A stretch of DNA of 64,000 bases, filler included, from Basidiobolus ranarum (GCA_040143965.1; 52 parts of 52 records of this genome joined end to end with filler, not necessarily neighbours in it); one strand, 5' to 3'. Positions 11,144 to 24,482 are shown, numbered from the whole stretch's first letter. Translations and numbers: made by a program. Notes: generated by a model from the letters alone, not told the origin.

Positions 11144-12097
11144 ATCAGAACCATACTAGTAGTAGCAGGAAAACACAGCTTAAAAATCCATCAAATGGAT
11201 GTTAAAACTGCTTTTTTGAATGGGGACTTGGAACAGGATATATTTATGGATTAACCAGATGGTTTTGTGGATCCTGAGCACCTGAGGGACATGTGTAACC
11301 TACAAAACTCACTTAGTGGACTTAAACAATCACCCAGAGCTTGGTACATTAACATAGACACATACATGGAATCACTTGATTTCCAAATGAGGATGGTGCG
11401 TTTTGGGATCTACTTTAAGACAGATAAGGACAGTAAGGTGATACTTGCCTTATATGTAGATGATCTGATTATAGCTAAAATAATGATGAAGCTCTCAGGA
11501 ACACCAAAAGAGATCTATCAGTCCAAATCAAGATGACCAATTTAGGATAACTTAGTTATTTTTTAGGCCTGCAGATCCATACAGATATATTAAGCAAATC
11601 TCTCACTCTGAATCAATCTAAATACATCTCAGACACTCTCAGATGTTACAGGATGGTGAATTGTTAGCCAGAACCAACTCCCATGGATCCTGGTGTGAAA
11701 CTGGTCCAAATTCCTATCAAATATGATGAAAATTGGCTAAATATGGCTCAAAATATGTCATTTGAAAGCACAGAGTTCCCTTATCAATCTATAATAGGTA
11801 GTTTGATCTATGCTATGACTGAAACCTGGCCAGATATCTTGTTTGCAGTGGGAATTGTCAGCCAACAGGTGCAAAACCCAGGATCTGAGCATAATGCAGC
11901 AGTTAAGCAGATTTTCAGATATTTGAAAGGGACAATTGATCTGGGATTAAGATACACATATTTTTATGAGAATAAGGATCTAATTGGGTTTAGTGATGCA
12001 GATTGGGGATGTGATATTGAGGACAGAAGATCTTTCACTGGATATACCTTTCTCTATAGTTGTGTAGCCATATCTTGGAATAGCAAGTAATAGCCCA
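11144..12097 (+). mobile_element. Ty1/copia RT-RNase H, degenerate
   Basis: HQMDVKTAFLNG, LKQSPRAW, YVDD, GFSDADWG, ISWNSK. Confidence 0.9.
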
Positions 12098-12280
12098 CCC
12101 TAACAGAAATTTGAGGATTGTTATCGTAGGAAAACCATCACAATTTTAATCCATTTGGGATTGACAGTTTACTTACTGTCATAAAATCTTCAAGTTAGAT
12201 TTGATTTTAATCAATTTTTTCAGTTTCAGGAGTGAAATTTCAAGATCTTGCAAAATAGTTGCGAATGATTGGCTAAAATC
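12098..12280 (+). mobile_element. CACTA/CMC left terminus (TIR CCCTAACAGAAAT) inserted in copia RNase H
   Basis: Same terminus at 14194, about 21453, about 25012, 32458 (reverse), about 54676 and 61030 (reverse). Confidence 0.75.
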
Positions 12281-12380
12281 NNNNNNNNNNNNNNNNNNNN
12301 NNNNNNNNNNNNNNNNNNNNNNNNTTAATTAATTAANNNNNNNNNNNNNNNNNNNNNNNNNNNNNNNNNNNNNNNNNNNN

Positions 12381-13429
12381 ATGGAAATTTGCCAAAATCC
12401 ACAAGCTTATTCTCATTGTGAATGGTAACAAGAGTCAGCTATTTGCCAAGTATTGGTGCAATTCAAAATTTCCAATGTTTAGCGATTTTTCCACTGTTAG
12501 TTTGCTGGTTAAGCATATTGATGTTGTTGCCTTATGTCTGATCAGTCAAGTAAGTGCATAGGTAGAGACTAAACACAACAAGATTCTTGTAATTTTTGAT
12601 TCTCAATATGGCTGGAATTTTTGCAATGTTTGACCACAATAACAGCAACAAAACCCGATCCATGGACACAGAGTAAGTACCTCTAAGATTTGGACTAATT
12701 TGTTTGTGTGATAATCTGACAGTATTTTTAGGAAAGCTGCATGACAGACTTCTTGGTGAGATAGATCAAGATATGCAGTATTATTGTTTTAGCAATGGGA
12801 TAATCTATTCAAGCAATGATTCATCTACTTGTGGCAGGACATTTGCTGACTACAAGTTGGGGATATATTGGCTGAATTCTGTATGGAAATTTGCCAAAAT
12901 CCAAGAGCTTATCCTCATTGTGAACAGTAACAAGAGTCAGCTATTTGCCTAGTGTCAGTGCTGTTCCAAATTTCAGATGTTTAGCAATTTTTCCACTGTT
13001 AGTTTGCTGGTAAAGCGTATTGATGTTGTTGAGTTATGTCTGATCAGTCAAGTATGTGCATATGTAGGAACTAAACACAACAAGATTCTTGCATCTTTTG
13101 ATTCTCATTATGGCTGGAATAAAAAGCCTAAAATATTTAAATAAAGGCATGCATATTAATTTGAATTTCTACAGTGGTAAACCCAGTAATTTGCAATTCA
13201 AAAATTAGATTTTTGCTAAAATTGCCTGATATTGAATAATTTGTGCCAAATTTGAGGATCAATATTTTATCATGCATGAATACCATCAAAATACCTTCAA
13301 GACATCTCTGTCAGACATCAAAATCCCTGGCGGAATGCAACCCACCAATATTGTGACAGTTTTCTGACAGTTTTGCTAATTTGGAGGGTGCACCCAATCT
13401 GGATCAAATCAATTTTATTTTTGTTAGGG
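12381..13429 (+). mobile_element. CACTA/CMC transposase 3' region to right TIR (...TTTTGTTAGGG), with a partial internal duplication
   Basis: Homologous to 15016-15988, 23502-24482 and 43415-44358. Followed by a gypsy integrase fragment (LLKPLSIPDQQW). Confidence 0.75.
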
Positions 13430-13616
13430 ATACTTACGATTGCATGAAGACTCAAAGACATCAGCCCTATAGCCTCCTGAAGCCTCTTTCAATTCCTGAT
13501 CAGCAGTGGATGTCCCNNNNNNNNNNNNNNNNNNNNNNNNNNNNNNNNNNNNNNNNNNNNTTAATTAATTAANNNNNNNNNNNNNNNNNNNNNNNNNNNN
13601 NNNNNNNNNNNNNNNN

Positions 13617-14650
13617 AAAAATATCTAAATAAAGGCATGCATATTAATTCTAATTCCTACAGCAGTAAACCCAGTAATTTGCCATTCTAAAATTATATTT
13701 TTGCAAAAATAGCTGGATATTGAATACCACATGCCAATTTGAGGATCAATATTTTAACATGTATGAATACCATCAAAATACCATCAAGAAACCACCATCA
13801 CACTATCAAAATCCCTGGCAGAATGCAAGCTATCAATATTGTGATGGTTCTCTGATAGTTTTGTTCTTTTGGAGGGTGGATCTAATCCGGATCAAATCAA
13901 TTTTATTTTTGTTTGGTTATGAAACATATATCAGAAACAGAAAGCAATGCATCTTGGGCACCTATATTCTAAATAGGAATATCACTATATCTTTATAATA
14001 AGTATATCTTCTTATCCTCACTTATCTATTATATCTTATTACACAAACTCCTGAATATCTCAAACAATTGATTTACTTTTCTACTATATAAGTCACCATA
14101 TACTCTTAAGAATAAAGTAGCTAGAAACACACTATCATAAGTTGCTTCTAATACACAAAGTCTACCCCCATTATGTCAAGATCCTCCAACATACCCTAAC
14201 AGAAATTTGAGGATTGTTATTGTAGGAAGACCATCACCATTTCAATCCATTTGGGATTGACTGTCTGGATACCATCATAAAATCATCAAGTTAAATTTGA
14301 TTTTAATCAATTTTTTCAGTTTCATGAGTGAAAGTTCAAGATCTCGCAAAATAGTTGCTCAACATTGGCTACAATCTCAGAGAAATATGGATTAACACAT
14401 GTGCAAAAAACATAACTCAAATTTTTCAAAATTTCCACTTGATCACTAATTTGTCACCTTCAAAATCCTTAGTCTCTGTGATATATTCTCCTGAATAATT
14501 TTATAGAGTTCTTCATACCCAAGGTTTAGCTCATACCCAACACAAGTTTATATCAATATCTCCATCAATGCCCACTACTGTATTAAGTTGCTGAATCAAC
14601 ATTCTTCCAGCTATCTGGCAGATACCCTGCAATATTATGCCACTCTGTAT
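13617..14650. mobile_element. CACTA right terminus, an LTR-like repeat (about 13917-14191, also at 18384) and a CACTA left terminus from 14194
   Basis: Homology to other copies in the window. Confidence 0.65.
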
Positions 14651-15015
14651 GTAATCAAATGTTGAAATATAATAATAATCTTTGTTATCAAAATCCTTGA
14701 TATGTATATATCCAAATGGAAGAGACTTTTTTTCATGGGATGAACTATAAATNNNNNNNNNNNNNNNNNNNNNNNNNNNNNNNNNNNNNNNNNNNNTTAA
14801 TTAATTAANNNNNNNNNNNNNNNNNNNNNNNNNNNNNNNNNNNNNNNNNNNNTGGCAATATAGAAAGGTACAAGGCTAGACTAGTAGCCAAAGGCTATTC
14901 CCAAACATCAGGAATAGATTATACCAAAACTTTTGCTCCTGTAGCAAAGTTTAATTCAATTAGATTAATTTTAGCAATTTCAGCTAAATATCAGTTTATT
15001 ATACATCAAATGGAT

Positions 15016-15988
15016 CCCTAACAAAAATAAAATCATTTTCATCCGGATTGGATCTATCCTCCAAAATAGCAAAGCCATCAGAGAACTGTCACAATATTGT
15101 TGGCTTGCATTTGGCCAGGGATTTTGATGATGTGATGGCGGTTTCTTGACGGTATCTTAGCGGTATTCATACATGTTAAAATATTGATCCTCAAATTTAG
15201 CATGCGTTATTCAATATCCAGCAATTTTTGCAAAAATATATTTATCAAATGGCAAATTACTGGGTTTACTGCTGTACAAATTCAAATTAATATGCATGCC
15301 TGTATTTAGATATTTTGTGCTTTGTATTACAGCCATAATGAGAATCAAAAAATACAAGAATCTCATTGTGTTTAGTCTCTACATATGCACATATTTGACT
15401 GATTTGACATAACTCAACAACATCAATATGCTTTACCAGCAAACTAACAGTGGAAAAATTGCTAATCATCTGAAATTTTGAATAGCACTGACACTTGGCA
15501 AATAGCTGACTCTTGTTACCATTCACAATGAGAAAAAGCTCTTGGATTTTGGCAAATTTCCGTAAAGAATTCAGCCAATATATCGCCAACTTGAAGTCAA
15601 CAAATGTCCTGCCACAAGTAGATGTGTCATTGCTGGAATAGATTACCCCATGGCTAAAACAATAATACTGCGTATCTCCATCTATCTCACCAAGAAGTCT
15701 GTCTTGCAGCTTTCCTAAAAATACCGTCAGATTATCACACAAGCAAATTAGTCTGATTATAAAGGTACTTACTCTGTGTCCATGGATTGGGCTTTGTTGC
15801 TGTTATTGTGCTCAAACAATGTGAAAACCCATGAGCACATTGAAAAGAGCCCTTTGTTGGCAGGTTAATATACTCTGGAGTCTCCTTAACCCATTGCATT
15901 ACATCCATCACTGATTTTGCTGATACATTGTTAATCAGATTAGCATATGGTAATACTGACAATTTCACATGGAGCATCATTTGACCAC
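15016..15988 (-). mobile_element. CACTA/CMC transposase C-terminal region and right TIR, inserted in copia RT
   Basis: Starts CCCTAACAAAAAT immediately after copia HQMD codons (14853-15015). Confidence 0.8.
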
Positions 15989-16088
15989 NNNNNNNNNNNN
16001 NNNNNNNNNNNNNNNNNNNNNNNNNNNNNNNNTTAATTAATTAANNNNNNNNNNNNNNNNNNNNNNNNNNNNNNNNNNNNNNNNNNNN

Positions 16089-17224
16089 ACATACCTCAAA
16101 TCCCTGTCTAACTTCTGCTCAGCACATGGGACAAACCAACAGACTACAGTGCCATATTCTCCAAAGCAGAATATAGTAGCAGAATGTGCAGACAGATTAA
16201 TAATGGAAAAGGCAAGATCAATGCTTCATGATCAAGATTTACTAAATCAGTACTGGGCTGAAATGGTTGCAACTGCAGTATATATTAGAAAGAGATGTCC
16301 TTCTAGGTCTCTATTGGCTATGACACCTTATCAAGCTTGGTTTGGAAGTAAACCTGATGTGGCTAATCTCAGAGCTTTTGGAAGTACCACATATGCAATG
16401 ATTACAGACCAGAAGAGATCAAAATTAGACCAAAAAAGCCAGAAATGTCTCTTTTTGGGATATTGTGATGAGACAAAAGGGTACAGACTGTATGATGCTG
16501 AAAATAAGAAGCTAATCAAGTCAAGGGATGTGGCAATTGCTGATGTAAAAAAATTCTCAATCACAACAGTCCAGGATCAAGAAAAACAACCAAAAATTGA
16601 TGAAAATTCTTCTTTTTCTCCTCAGATCCTGATCAGAGAGAAAAACGTTGAAAATTCCTCACCTGCAGTCTCATCAACCAAGCTTGAGGTGTTTTCATTG
16701 CCTAGATTGGTACTAGAAGTTCTAATGCCAATTTTGTATCTCAGGAGATCTAATTGGATGAGATATCTGCCTTATTACTACTCTCACACTGGCCAAAAGG
16801 AGCCTAGTGCAAATTTAGACTTTTCTGATGAGCCCAAATCAGTTCAGGAGGCTATGGAGAGTCACAACACAAAGCTTTGGAGTGCAGCAATGGCAGTGGA
16901 GTATCAGTTGCTCACAGATAACCAAACTTGGAGTTTGGTTAAGTTACCTGATGGCCAAAAATCAATTGGATGCAAATGGGTGTTTAAAGCTAAACAGCAA
17001 GCTGATGGATCTGTAGAGAGATGTAAAGCCAGACTTGTGGCTAAAGAATACTCTCAAGTGGAAGGAGTGGACTACAATGAAACATTTGCTCCTGTAGCAA
17101 AGTTTAATTCCATCAGAACCATACTAGTAGTAGCAGGAAAACACAGCTTAAAAATCCATCAAATGGATGTCAAAACTGCTTTTTTGAGTGGGGACTTGGA
17201 ACAGGCTATATTTATGGATCAACC
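16089..17224 (+). mobile_element. Ty1/copia integrase-RT polyprotein fragment
   Basis: PYSP.QN.VAE, RSKLD.KS.KCLFLGY, KWVFK.K, KARLVAK.YSQ.EGVDYNETFAPV, QMDVKTAFL. Confidence 0.93.
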
Positions 17225-17324
17225 NNNNNNNNNNNNNNNNNNNNNNNNNNNNNNNNNNNNNNNNNNNNTTAATTAATTAANNNNNNNNNNNNNNNNNNNN
17301 NNNNNNNNNNNNNNNNNNNNNNNN

Positions 17325-18126
17325 AGACAAGACAAGACTGGACAAGGAAGATACTTTGGCAAGAATCTTTATTGATAACTGGTGTTGATCAGACTGAGGT
17401 CTGATCAAGGAATACATGGGGCTTATATAGATATTACAAGGTGAAACATAATATACAGAGTAGGGAATATACTGTGGCAGGTTTGAGAGTTGGGGTGTTA
17501 GTGACTACAAGGACCAATACAAAGAGGGATGATGTAAGGAAGATCAGATGACCTTCCATGGTGTTGAAATTAGCATTGCCTAAACACCTATATAGTCATA
17601 TATAGCTTAGTACTTAGTTATCTTATAACTCACTAAGATATTATCAATCATTCTCAATTAGAATTTACTTGGAATATTTTTACCAACTTAGAAGTTCTCA
17701 GATATATAGATTTTTCAAACTTGTGCTAGAAGCCCCAAACTTTGCACACATGTTCATGGGACCTTCCTTAACATATTCAACATGTTAGTTTGTTAACATC
17801 TTGACAAAACTATAAATGTCAACTTTCTACTCAATAAATCAATAAGTGAAAACCACCAATTCCTCTAATTCTCCAAACCACTTCCAACAGGCTCCCAAAT
17901 ACTTTAACACATGGAAGGTCTTGGCAAAAGTATACTATGTGTGGGATGACATGATTGGTTAGGTTTCATGGAATGTTCCAAAGAACATTACTTCCATATA
18001 AGGTAATCTGGATGTACTTACACCAGATTGCCAAGAAGGGATTGCACAGCAGATATGATGTCATAATCTAATAATAGAAGAGTTCTATTTGCAGTGGATC
18101 AGTTTGCCAAGATCAGAATCATGACA
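17325..18126 (-). repeat. Gypsy LTR family B interrupted by a solo LTR-A
   Basis: Collinear with 4400-4855 apart from the 17562-17909 insertion. Confidence 0.8.
17562..17909 (+). mobile_element. Solo LTR family A (348 bp) with 5-bp TSD CATGG
   Basis: TGTTGAAA...TTTAACA, with CATGG at 17557-17561 and 17910-17914. The empty site is visible at 4634-4651. Confidence 0.9.
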
Positions 18127-18560
18127 AGTTGTACTACTTACTAAATTGAAATCCATGATGTATTGTTCCTTTCAGATAGCATATTATCTGTTTTACAGCT
18201 ATTCAATGCTCCGTTGCAGGATTCTCCATATATTTGCTTACTATGCTTACTGCTGTAGCAACATCAGGCCTAGTACCAGTTGTTGCATATATGAGACTTC
18301 CAGCCACACTATGGTAAGGAATATGTTTCATGATTACAATATGATGGATATTAATCTTTATTCAACATCATAGTTAACTTTAGTTATGATACATATATCA
18401 GAAACAGAAAGCAATGTATCTATAGCCCCTATATTCTAAATAGGAATATCTCTATATCTANNNNNNNNNNNNNNNNNNNNNNNNNNNNNNNNNNNNNNNN
18501 NNNNTTAATTAATTAANNNNNNNNNNNNNNNNNNNNNNNNNNNNNNNNNNNNNNNNNNNN

Positions 18561-19430
18561 ACAGTACAGCCCAGAGTTACTCAACTGTGGTTACTTCACT
18601 CTTTGGACACCTCACAAAACCCTTAGAATATTGCAGTTAAAGTTGCTGCTTACACCCAAAAACAACTACAATGGTATCTTGACTTTTGGCAGCATTACCA
18701 AAACTTTGAGGCAAACTACAGTCAGTGCACTCAATAGGCAAAACTAAAGTCAATTTAGTGCACTTATTACTGTTGTTATACACCAGGCTTTGTGCAGATG
18801 GTGGCTTTGTACCGTGACCATGCTTGTGATTATTTTTTCTATGAAGCCTCCACCTTTCATAGCGCAAGAATTTGCAACAATGATAGCAGGGCTTCTTTAA
18901 ACATTTGTGTTGCAGCATGAGAAGGATATTGTAGAAAAAAAAACACCTTCAACATAAGGGTGTTATTTTGGGTATAGCCTATCAATATAATCAGCTGATT
19001 CTGAGATGGTGTCACAGATGAGTCATCAGGGCATTTACAAGATATTTCTGGTACTGGACGGCAATTTTGGTTCATTATAAGCTGTTTTTAAGCAATTTCA
19101 TTACACCAAGTTTACCATCTGAAAATGTCAATGCCATTCAAAAAGCATTCAAAGTCTGCATCAAAATTGGCTTCCAAGCAAAGCCTGCTGGCACAATAGG
19201 AAAAAAACCAGCAAGAGCAGAGTACTTGAATGATGAGCAGTCTAGCAATCTGCTATCCACTTTGGAAGGCATTAACATGCTGGAAACTAACTCAAATAAT
19301 GATGAAGCATTAATCAGGTTACTAGATATGTTCCTTTCCAGTAATAGTTCAAGTGATGAGATTGTAATCCCCCAACTACGTAGTAAATCAATAGTTGAGT
19401 AAAGTTGTACCAAAATACCATCAAGACCAT
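18561..19430. mobile_element. CACTA central region: transposase 5' end (-) and ORF2 5' end (+), divergent
   Basis: Reverse-complement homologue of 41020-41780. Followed by an LTR-D and a copia RNase H end (19440-19696). Confidence 0.72.
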
Positions 19431-19915
19431 AATTCCCACATTATTTACATACATATATAATATACATTCTGATTTTCAGCTAAGTGATTTTTGACTAAGT
19501 ATTGTTAACTAACTTATATGTGATATATGAAGTAGTTAGGTGGATAAAAATGAAGATAACAAATATGATAAAGACAATAAACTTCAACATTCCCACTCAA
19601 CTAAATATTCATATATTGTAATCCTAACTTAAATCTTGATTCTTCAAATTTTGGCTTGGGTAATGGTTTGGTAAGGATGTCAGCAATCATGTCCTCNNNN
19701 NNNNNNNNNNNNNNNNNNNNNNNNNNNNNNNNNNNNNNNNTTAATTAATTAANNNNNNNNNNNNNNNNNNNNNNNNNNNNNNNNNNNNNNNNNNNNAATT
19801 TGGGTTCGAAAATAATATTTTGCGAAATAATTTTTAAAAAGTTTCAAACCAAGATCAAAATTGGGTTAAGGTGAAGAAGGTAAAGGATTTAAGTTTTTAA
19901 AAATCAAACGATATA

Positions 19916-20725
19916 TTATCTTGAAACCAATTCTTCAACATTTTTACGAATACTGCACAATATGCGAATAATATGCTCACGGTCGTCTGTATCGCTAAGA
20001 AATAATGCCTGGGTGGTTTCAGAAGGAAAGCGTTGTATTGTAATACTTTTTTTGAGAATAGTTTCTTTTTCAAGGTTTGACAAATAGTCTTTACTAAATG
20101 TAGCTTTATAAAACCTGACAGACAACCCTCTTAATATCATTCCATATACAGTGTGATCTCTTTTGATATTTGTAAAACGAGTTGTTGCAGCTAATAACAT
20201 TTCTCCACATAATTGGCATTCCCCCCCTTGATATACATTACGTTTTTCTGCTTTATTCTCCACAACTACAAAATATTTGGCATTTAGAAAATCCGTAAAA
20301 TTTCCGGAATAAACACCAAAATCGGCCTCAGAACTAATTTCTTTATCATTCCATGATAATTCCAAATGAGGTCTAGGGCGGAAGTGTAATATCTCGCTTT
20401 CAAAACCCGAATATGTTAATAAATCATAAGCAACAGAATCAACGGGTGGTTCATCTGGGAAATACCGCAATTGGTTTAAACGGTTAAAAAATGGGCGTTG
20501 GGATTGCGAAATTTTGACATCAGTGGATAAAACATTTATACCGGGTAACAAAATTCTATCAACATCAGGTCCCATGTCAATGGAAGATAATTGGGGGGGA
20601 TCTACAACATTTCCATCTTCAACAGATATTTTTAATTCTTCTAATTGTCTTGGTCTCCATTTGGAAGTATGTTTCCAGATATCGTTTTTGTTATCAGGAG
20701 GTAAATATTTGCCATTAGAAGACAT
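19916..20725 (-). CDS. PD-(D/E)xK restriction-endonuclease-fold protein (269 aa from ATG 20725), intronless
   Basis: Intact ORF with motifs E..VD, EADFGV, VVVENK, QLCGEMLLAA and YGMILRG..VRFYK, typical of REase-fold families seen in fungi and large DNA viruses. Confidence 0.65.
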   Translation of the reverse strand: MSSNGKYLPPDNKNDIWKHTSKWRPRQLEELKISVEDGNVVDPPQLSSIDMGPDVDRILLPGINVLSTDVKISQSQRPFFNRLNQLRYFPDEPPVDSVAYDLLTYSGFESEILHFRPRPHLELSWNDKEISSEADFGVYSGNFTDFLNAKYFVVVENKAEKRNVYQGGECQLCGEMLLAATTRFTNIKRDHTVYGMILRGLSVRFYKATFSKDYLSNLEKETILKKSITIQRFPSETTQALFLSDTDDREHIIRILCSIRKNVEELVSR

Positions 20726-21031
20726 TGTGTTACTTAATACATATATAAATATTGTGAAAGGTATATCACTTATATATAACAAAGTTGCCGATTAAAAACA
20801 GACCATTATGGTGTCGGGTTCGAATTGTGTATCATATAATAATCTTATATTAATTTGTATTATGTTTATTTCTAGAAACTAAAACATTTATCTAACGCAT
20901 CCTTAAAAGTTTTTAACGAAAACAAAAATAANNNNNNNNNNNNNNNNNNNNNNNNNNNNNNNNNNNNNNNNNNNNTTAATTAATTAANNNNNNNNNNNNN
21001 NNNNNNNNNNNNNNNNNNNNNNNNNNNNNNN

Positions 21032-22166
21032 TCAATTATTCTCAATTGGAATTTACTTAGAATATTTTTACCAACTTAGAAGTTCTCAGATATATAAATT
21101 TTTCAAACTTGTGCTAGAAGCCCCAAACTTTGCACACATGTTGCTGGGACCTTCCTTAACATATTCTACATGTTAGTTTGTTTACATCTTGACAAAACTA
21201 TAATTGTCAATTTCTACTCAATAAATCAATAAGTGAAAACCACCAATTCCTCTAGTTCTCCAAATCACTTCCAACAGGCTCCCAAGTACTTTAACATAAT
21301 AAACTGATATTTGGCTGAAATTGCAAAATCAATCTTATCAAATTAAAGTTTGCTGCTGAAGCAAAAGTGTCTGTATAATCCATTCCTGGCGTTTGGGATT
21401 AACCTATGGCTACTAGTCTAGCCTTGTACCTTTCTATTTTTGCAACAGAGTTCTCTAACAGCAATTTGAGGATGTTTACTGTAGAAAACCATCACAATTT
21501 TAGTCCATTTAGGATTGACCATTTACTTACCATCATAAAATTGTCAAGTTAAATTTGTTTTTAATTAATGCTTTCAGTCTCAGGAGTGAAATTTCAAGAT
21601 CTCACAAAATAGCAGCACATGATTGGCTACAATCTCAGAGAACTATGGAACAACACATGTGCAAAAAATGTAACTCAAATTTTTACACAATTACTGCTTG
21701 AACATTAATCTGTCACCTTCAAAATCCCTAGTCTCTTTGATTTATTCTCCTAAATATTTTTATAGAGTTGTTCGTACCCAAGGTTTAGCTCATACCCAAC
21801 ATAAGTTTGTATCAATATCTCCATCAAAGCCAACCATTGTGTTAATGTTGCTAAATCAACATTTTTCCAGCTATCTGGTGAATACCCTGCAATATTGTGC
21901 CACTCTTCATTAAGTTCTACCCAGATATCTGCAAAGTCAACATCAGACTGAATGTCAAGTTGAATGTTCTTCTCCAGAAGCCACTTTCGGCATACTTGCA
22001 CTACATATCTCTCTTCATACTTTTGAAAATACTCCTCAAGCACTTAGACTATTTTTGTAAGTCCTTGTAGTGTGACACTGCCAAGGATGTGTTGTGGTGT
22101 TTGTGCTGCTTTTTGCTAGCCTTTAAGTTCAGGGCTAATTTCATCACTTTGAAAAGTACCAGTTGA
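21032..22166. mobile_element. Nested LTR-A end / copia RT fragment / CACTA left TIR with ORF2 3' end (21750-22043, -)
   Basis: Homology to 17640-17909, 59590-59740 and 60435-61030. Confidence 0.72.
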
Positions 22167-22266
22167 NNNNNNNNNNNNNNNNNNNNNNNNNNNNNNNNNN
22201 NNNNNNNNNNTTAATTAATTAANNNNNNNNNNNNNNNNNNNNNNNNNNNNNNNNNNNNNNNNNNNN

Positions 22267-23254
22267 ATAACCACGGTTGAATAACTCTGGAATGTACTGT
22301 AATATGGGACTGTCTCTTGCCTCTTGGGTCTTTGTGAAAGGGAATCAAGCCTGTAGAAATGTCTAAGGACTGATAAACCACAATGCTATGTCCAACTTTC
22401 TGTTGAATAATATGCTGGCGCCTGACAAAAGAATATACTGGCTTCAAAGTCCTTTGAGAATGATCAGATAAAAAGGGTATATCCAATCAAAAACAACTGT
22501 AAACTCAGCCAGCAAGGTCTTGAACCAGGATGTACTAGTAGTGATTTATCCAAAGATAGGAGAAGTTCCTTGCCAATGCAGACAAAGCTAGGGAGAAAAC
22601 ATAAAGTTTCAGAAATATAACACCAACTTGTCAGTACTTCCTTTGAGCTGGTCAACTCGTTTCTAGTCACACAGTAGCCTGTAACTGCCTCTATTAGTCT
22701 CTCTTGAGCTTCCTCTTCAAAGGTCTTGTAAGCGGTGATGAAACTACAGGCTGATCACAAGTAGTAATTGTTAGTTGAAAACCAGGATGATTTTTATTTG
22801 AAAAGATATGGCTCCTGTTTATACTTTTTGGTGGTAGATATGATTACTAATGCAAATTTCTGGAAAGTTGCAGAGAATTCTATTGATGGGGATCTGGGGT
22901 CATGAAATCATCATAAATCCTAAGATTAGTAATCCATGGAATGTTCCGGAAGGTTGTAGAGTTATCCAATCAAGTTTTGCTTGGTGAAAGCTCAATCAAT
23001 CATCAAATATTCCAAGAATCATATGGAATATTCCGGAAGGTTGTAGAATTTTCCAGAAAATAATAGAGCTAATGTGGGTTAATACTGATGAATCTGATAT
23101 AATAGGGGATAATAGTAATGGTGTGATATGATTGGCTAGAAAGCATGGGTAAGTCAAATAGGGTTAGTGAAACAGAATTGTGCAATAGTAATGATATGAG
23201 CTTGGAGTGGAAATAAGTCAACCTGCCAGCAGATAGCAATGCTGCTGCACTACA
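22267..23254 (-). mobile_element. Second LTR family: LTR-C (22769-23254) plus 5' internal leader, gypsy-related
   Basis: TGTAGTG...CTAACA on the minus strand. Copies at 37257-37640 and 46920-47788. The leader is homologous to that of gypsy family B. Confidence 0.65.
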
Positions 23255-23501
23255 ACAGTCAGTCAAGAACTACTCCAAAATATCTGCTCTATTAGCAAAC
23301 CTTACAAGGAAAGAACTCCCATTTGACTGGAACTCATCTTGCCACAAGCATTTGTAACTTTAAAGAGTGCTTTTACCTCAGCACCAATCCTGGCCCATCC
23401 CNNNNNNNNNNNNNNNNNNNNNNNNNNNNNNNNNNNNNNNNNNNNTTAATTAATTAANNNNNNNNNNNNNNNNNNNNNNNNNNNNNNNNNNNNNNNNNNN
23501 N

Positions 23502-24482
23502 CGCACCTGTGATGAAATGATGCTCTGTGTGAAATCATCAGTATTACTGTATGCTAATCTGATTAATAATGTAGCAGCAAAATCAGTGATGGATGTAATG
23601 TAATGGGTTAAGGTGACTCCAGAGTTTATTGACCTTCCAACAAAGGGCTCTTTTCAACATGCTCATGGGTTTTTGCATTGTTCAAGCATAATGACAGCAA
23701 CAAAATCCAATCCACAGATGCAGAGTAAATATCTCTATAGTTTGGACAAGTTTGTTTATGTGATAATCTGATGGTATTTCTAGGAAAGCTGCAAGACAGA
23801 CTTCTTGGTGAGATAGATTGAGATATGGAGTATTATTGTTTTAGCTATGGGATAATCCATTCAAGCAATGACACATCTACTTGTGGCAGGACATTTGTTG
23901 ACTGCAAGTTAGAGTTATTTTGACTGAATTCTTTATGGCAATTTGCCAAAATCCAAAAGCTTATTCTCATTATGAATGGTAACAAGAGTCAGCTATTTGC
24001 CAAGTGTCAGTGCTATTCAAAATTTCATACATTTAGCAACTTTTCCAACATTAGTTTGTTAGTAAAGCATATTGATGTTGTTGAGTTATGTCTGATTAGT
24101 CAAGTATGTGCATGTGTAGAGACTAAACATAGCAAGATTCTTGTATTTTTTGATTTTTCTTATGGCTGGAATACAAAGCCTAAAATATCTAAATTAAGGC
24201 CAGTGTATTCATTTGAATTCCTATAGCAGTAAACCCAGTAATTTGCCATTTGGAAATTAGTTTTTTGAGAAAATTGTTGGAAATTAAATAGTGCATGCCA
24301 AATATAGGGATCAATGTTTTAACATTTATGAATACCATCAAAATACCATCAAGAAGCCATCATCTCACTATAAAAATCTCTGGCAGAATGCAAGCCACCA
24401 ACATTGTGATGGTTTGCTGATGGTTTTACAATCCAGAAGGGTGAATCTGATGCATATCAAATCAATTTTATTTTTGTTAGGG
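23502..24482 (+). mobile_element. CACTA/CMC transposase 3' region to right TIR
   Basis: Ends TTTTGTTAGGG at 24482; multiple homologues in the window. Confidence 0.78.
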
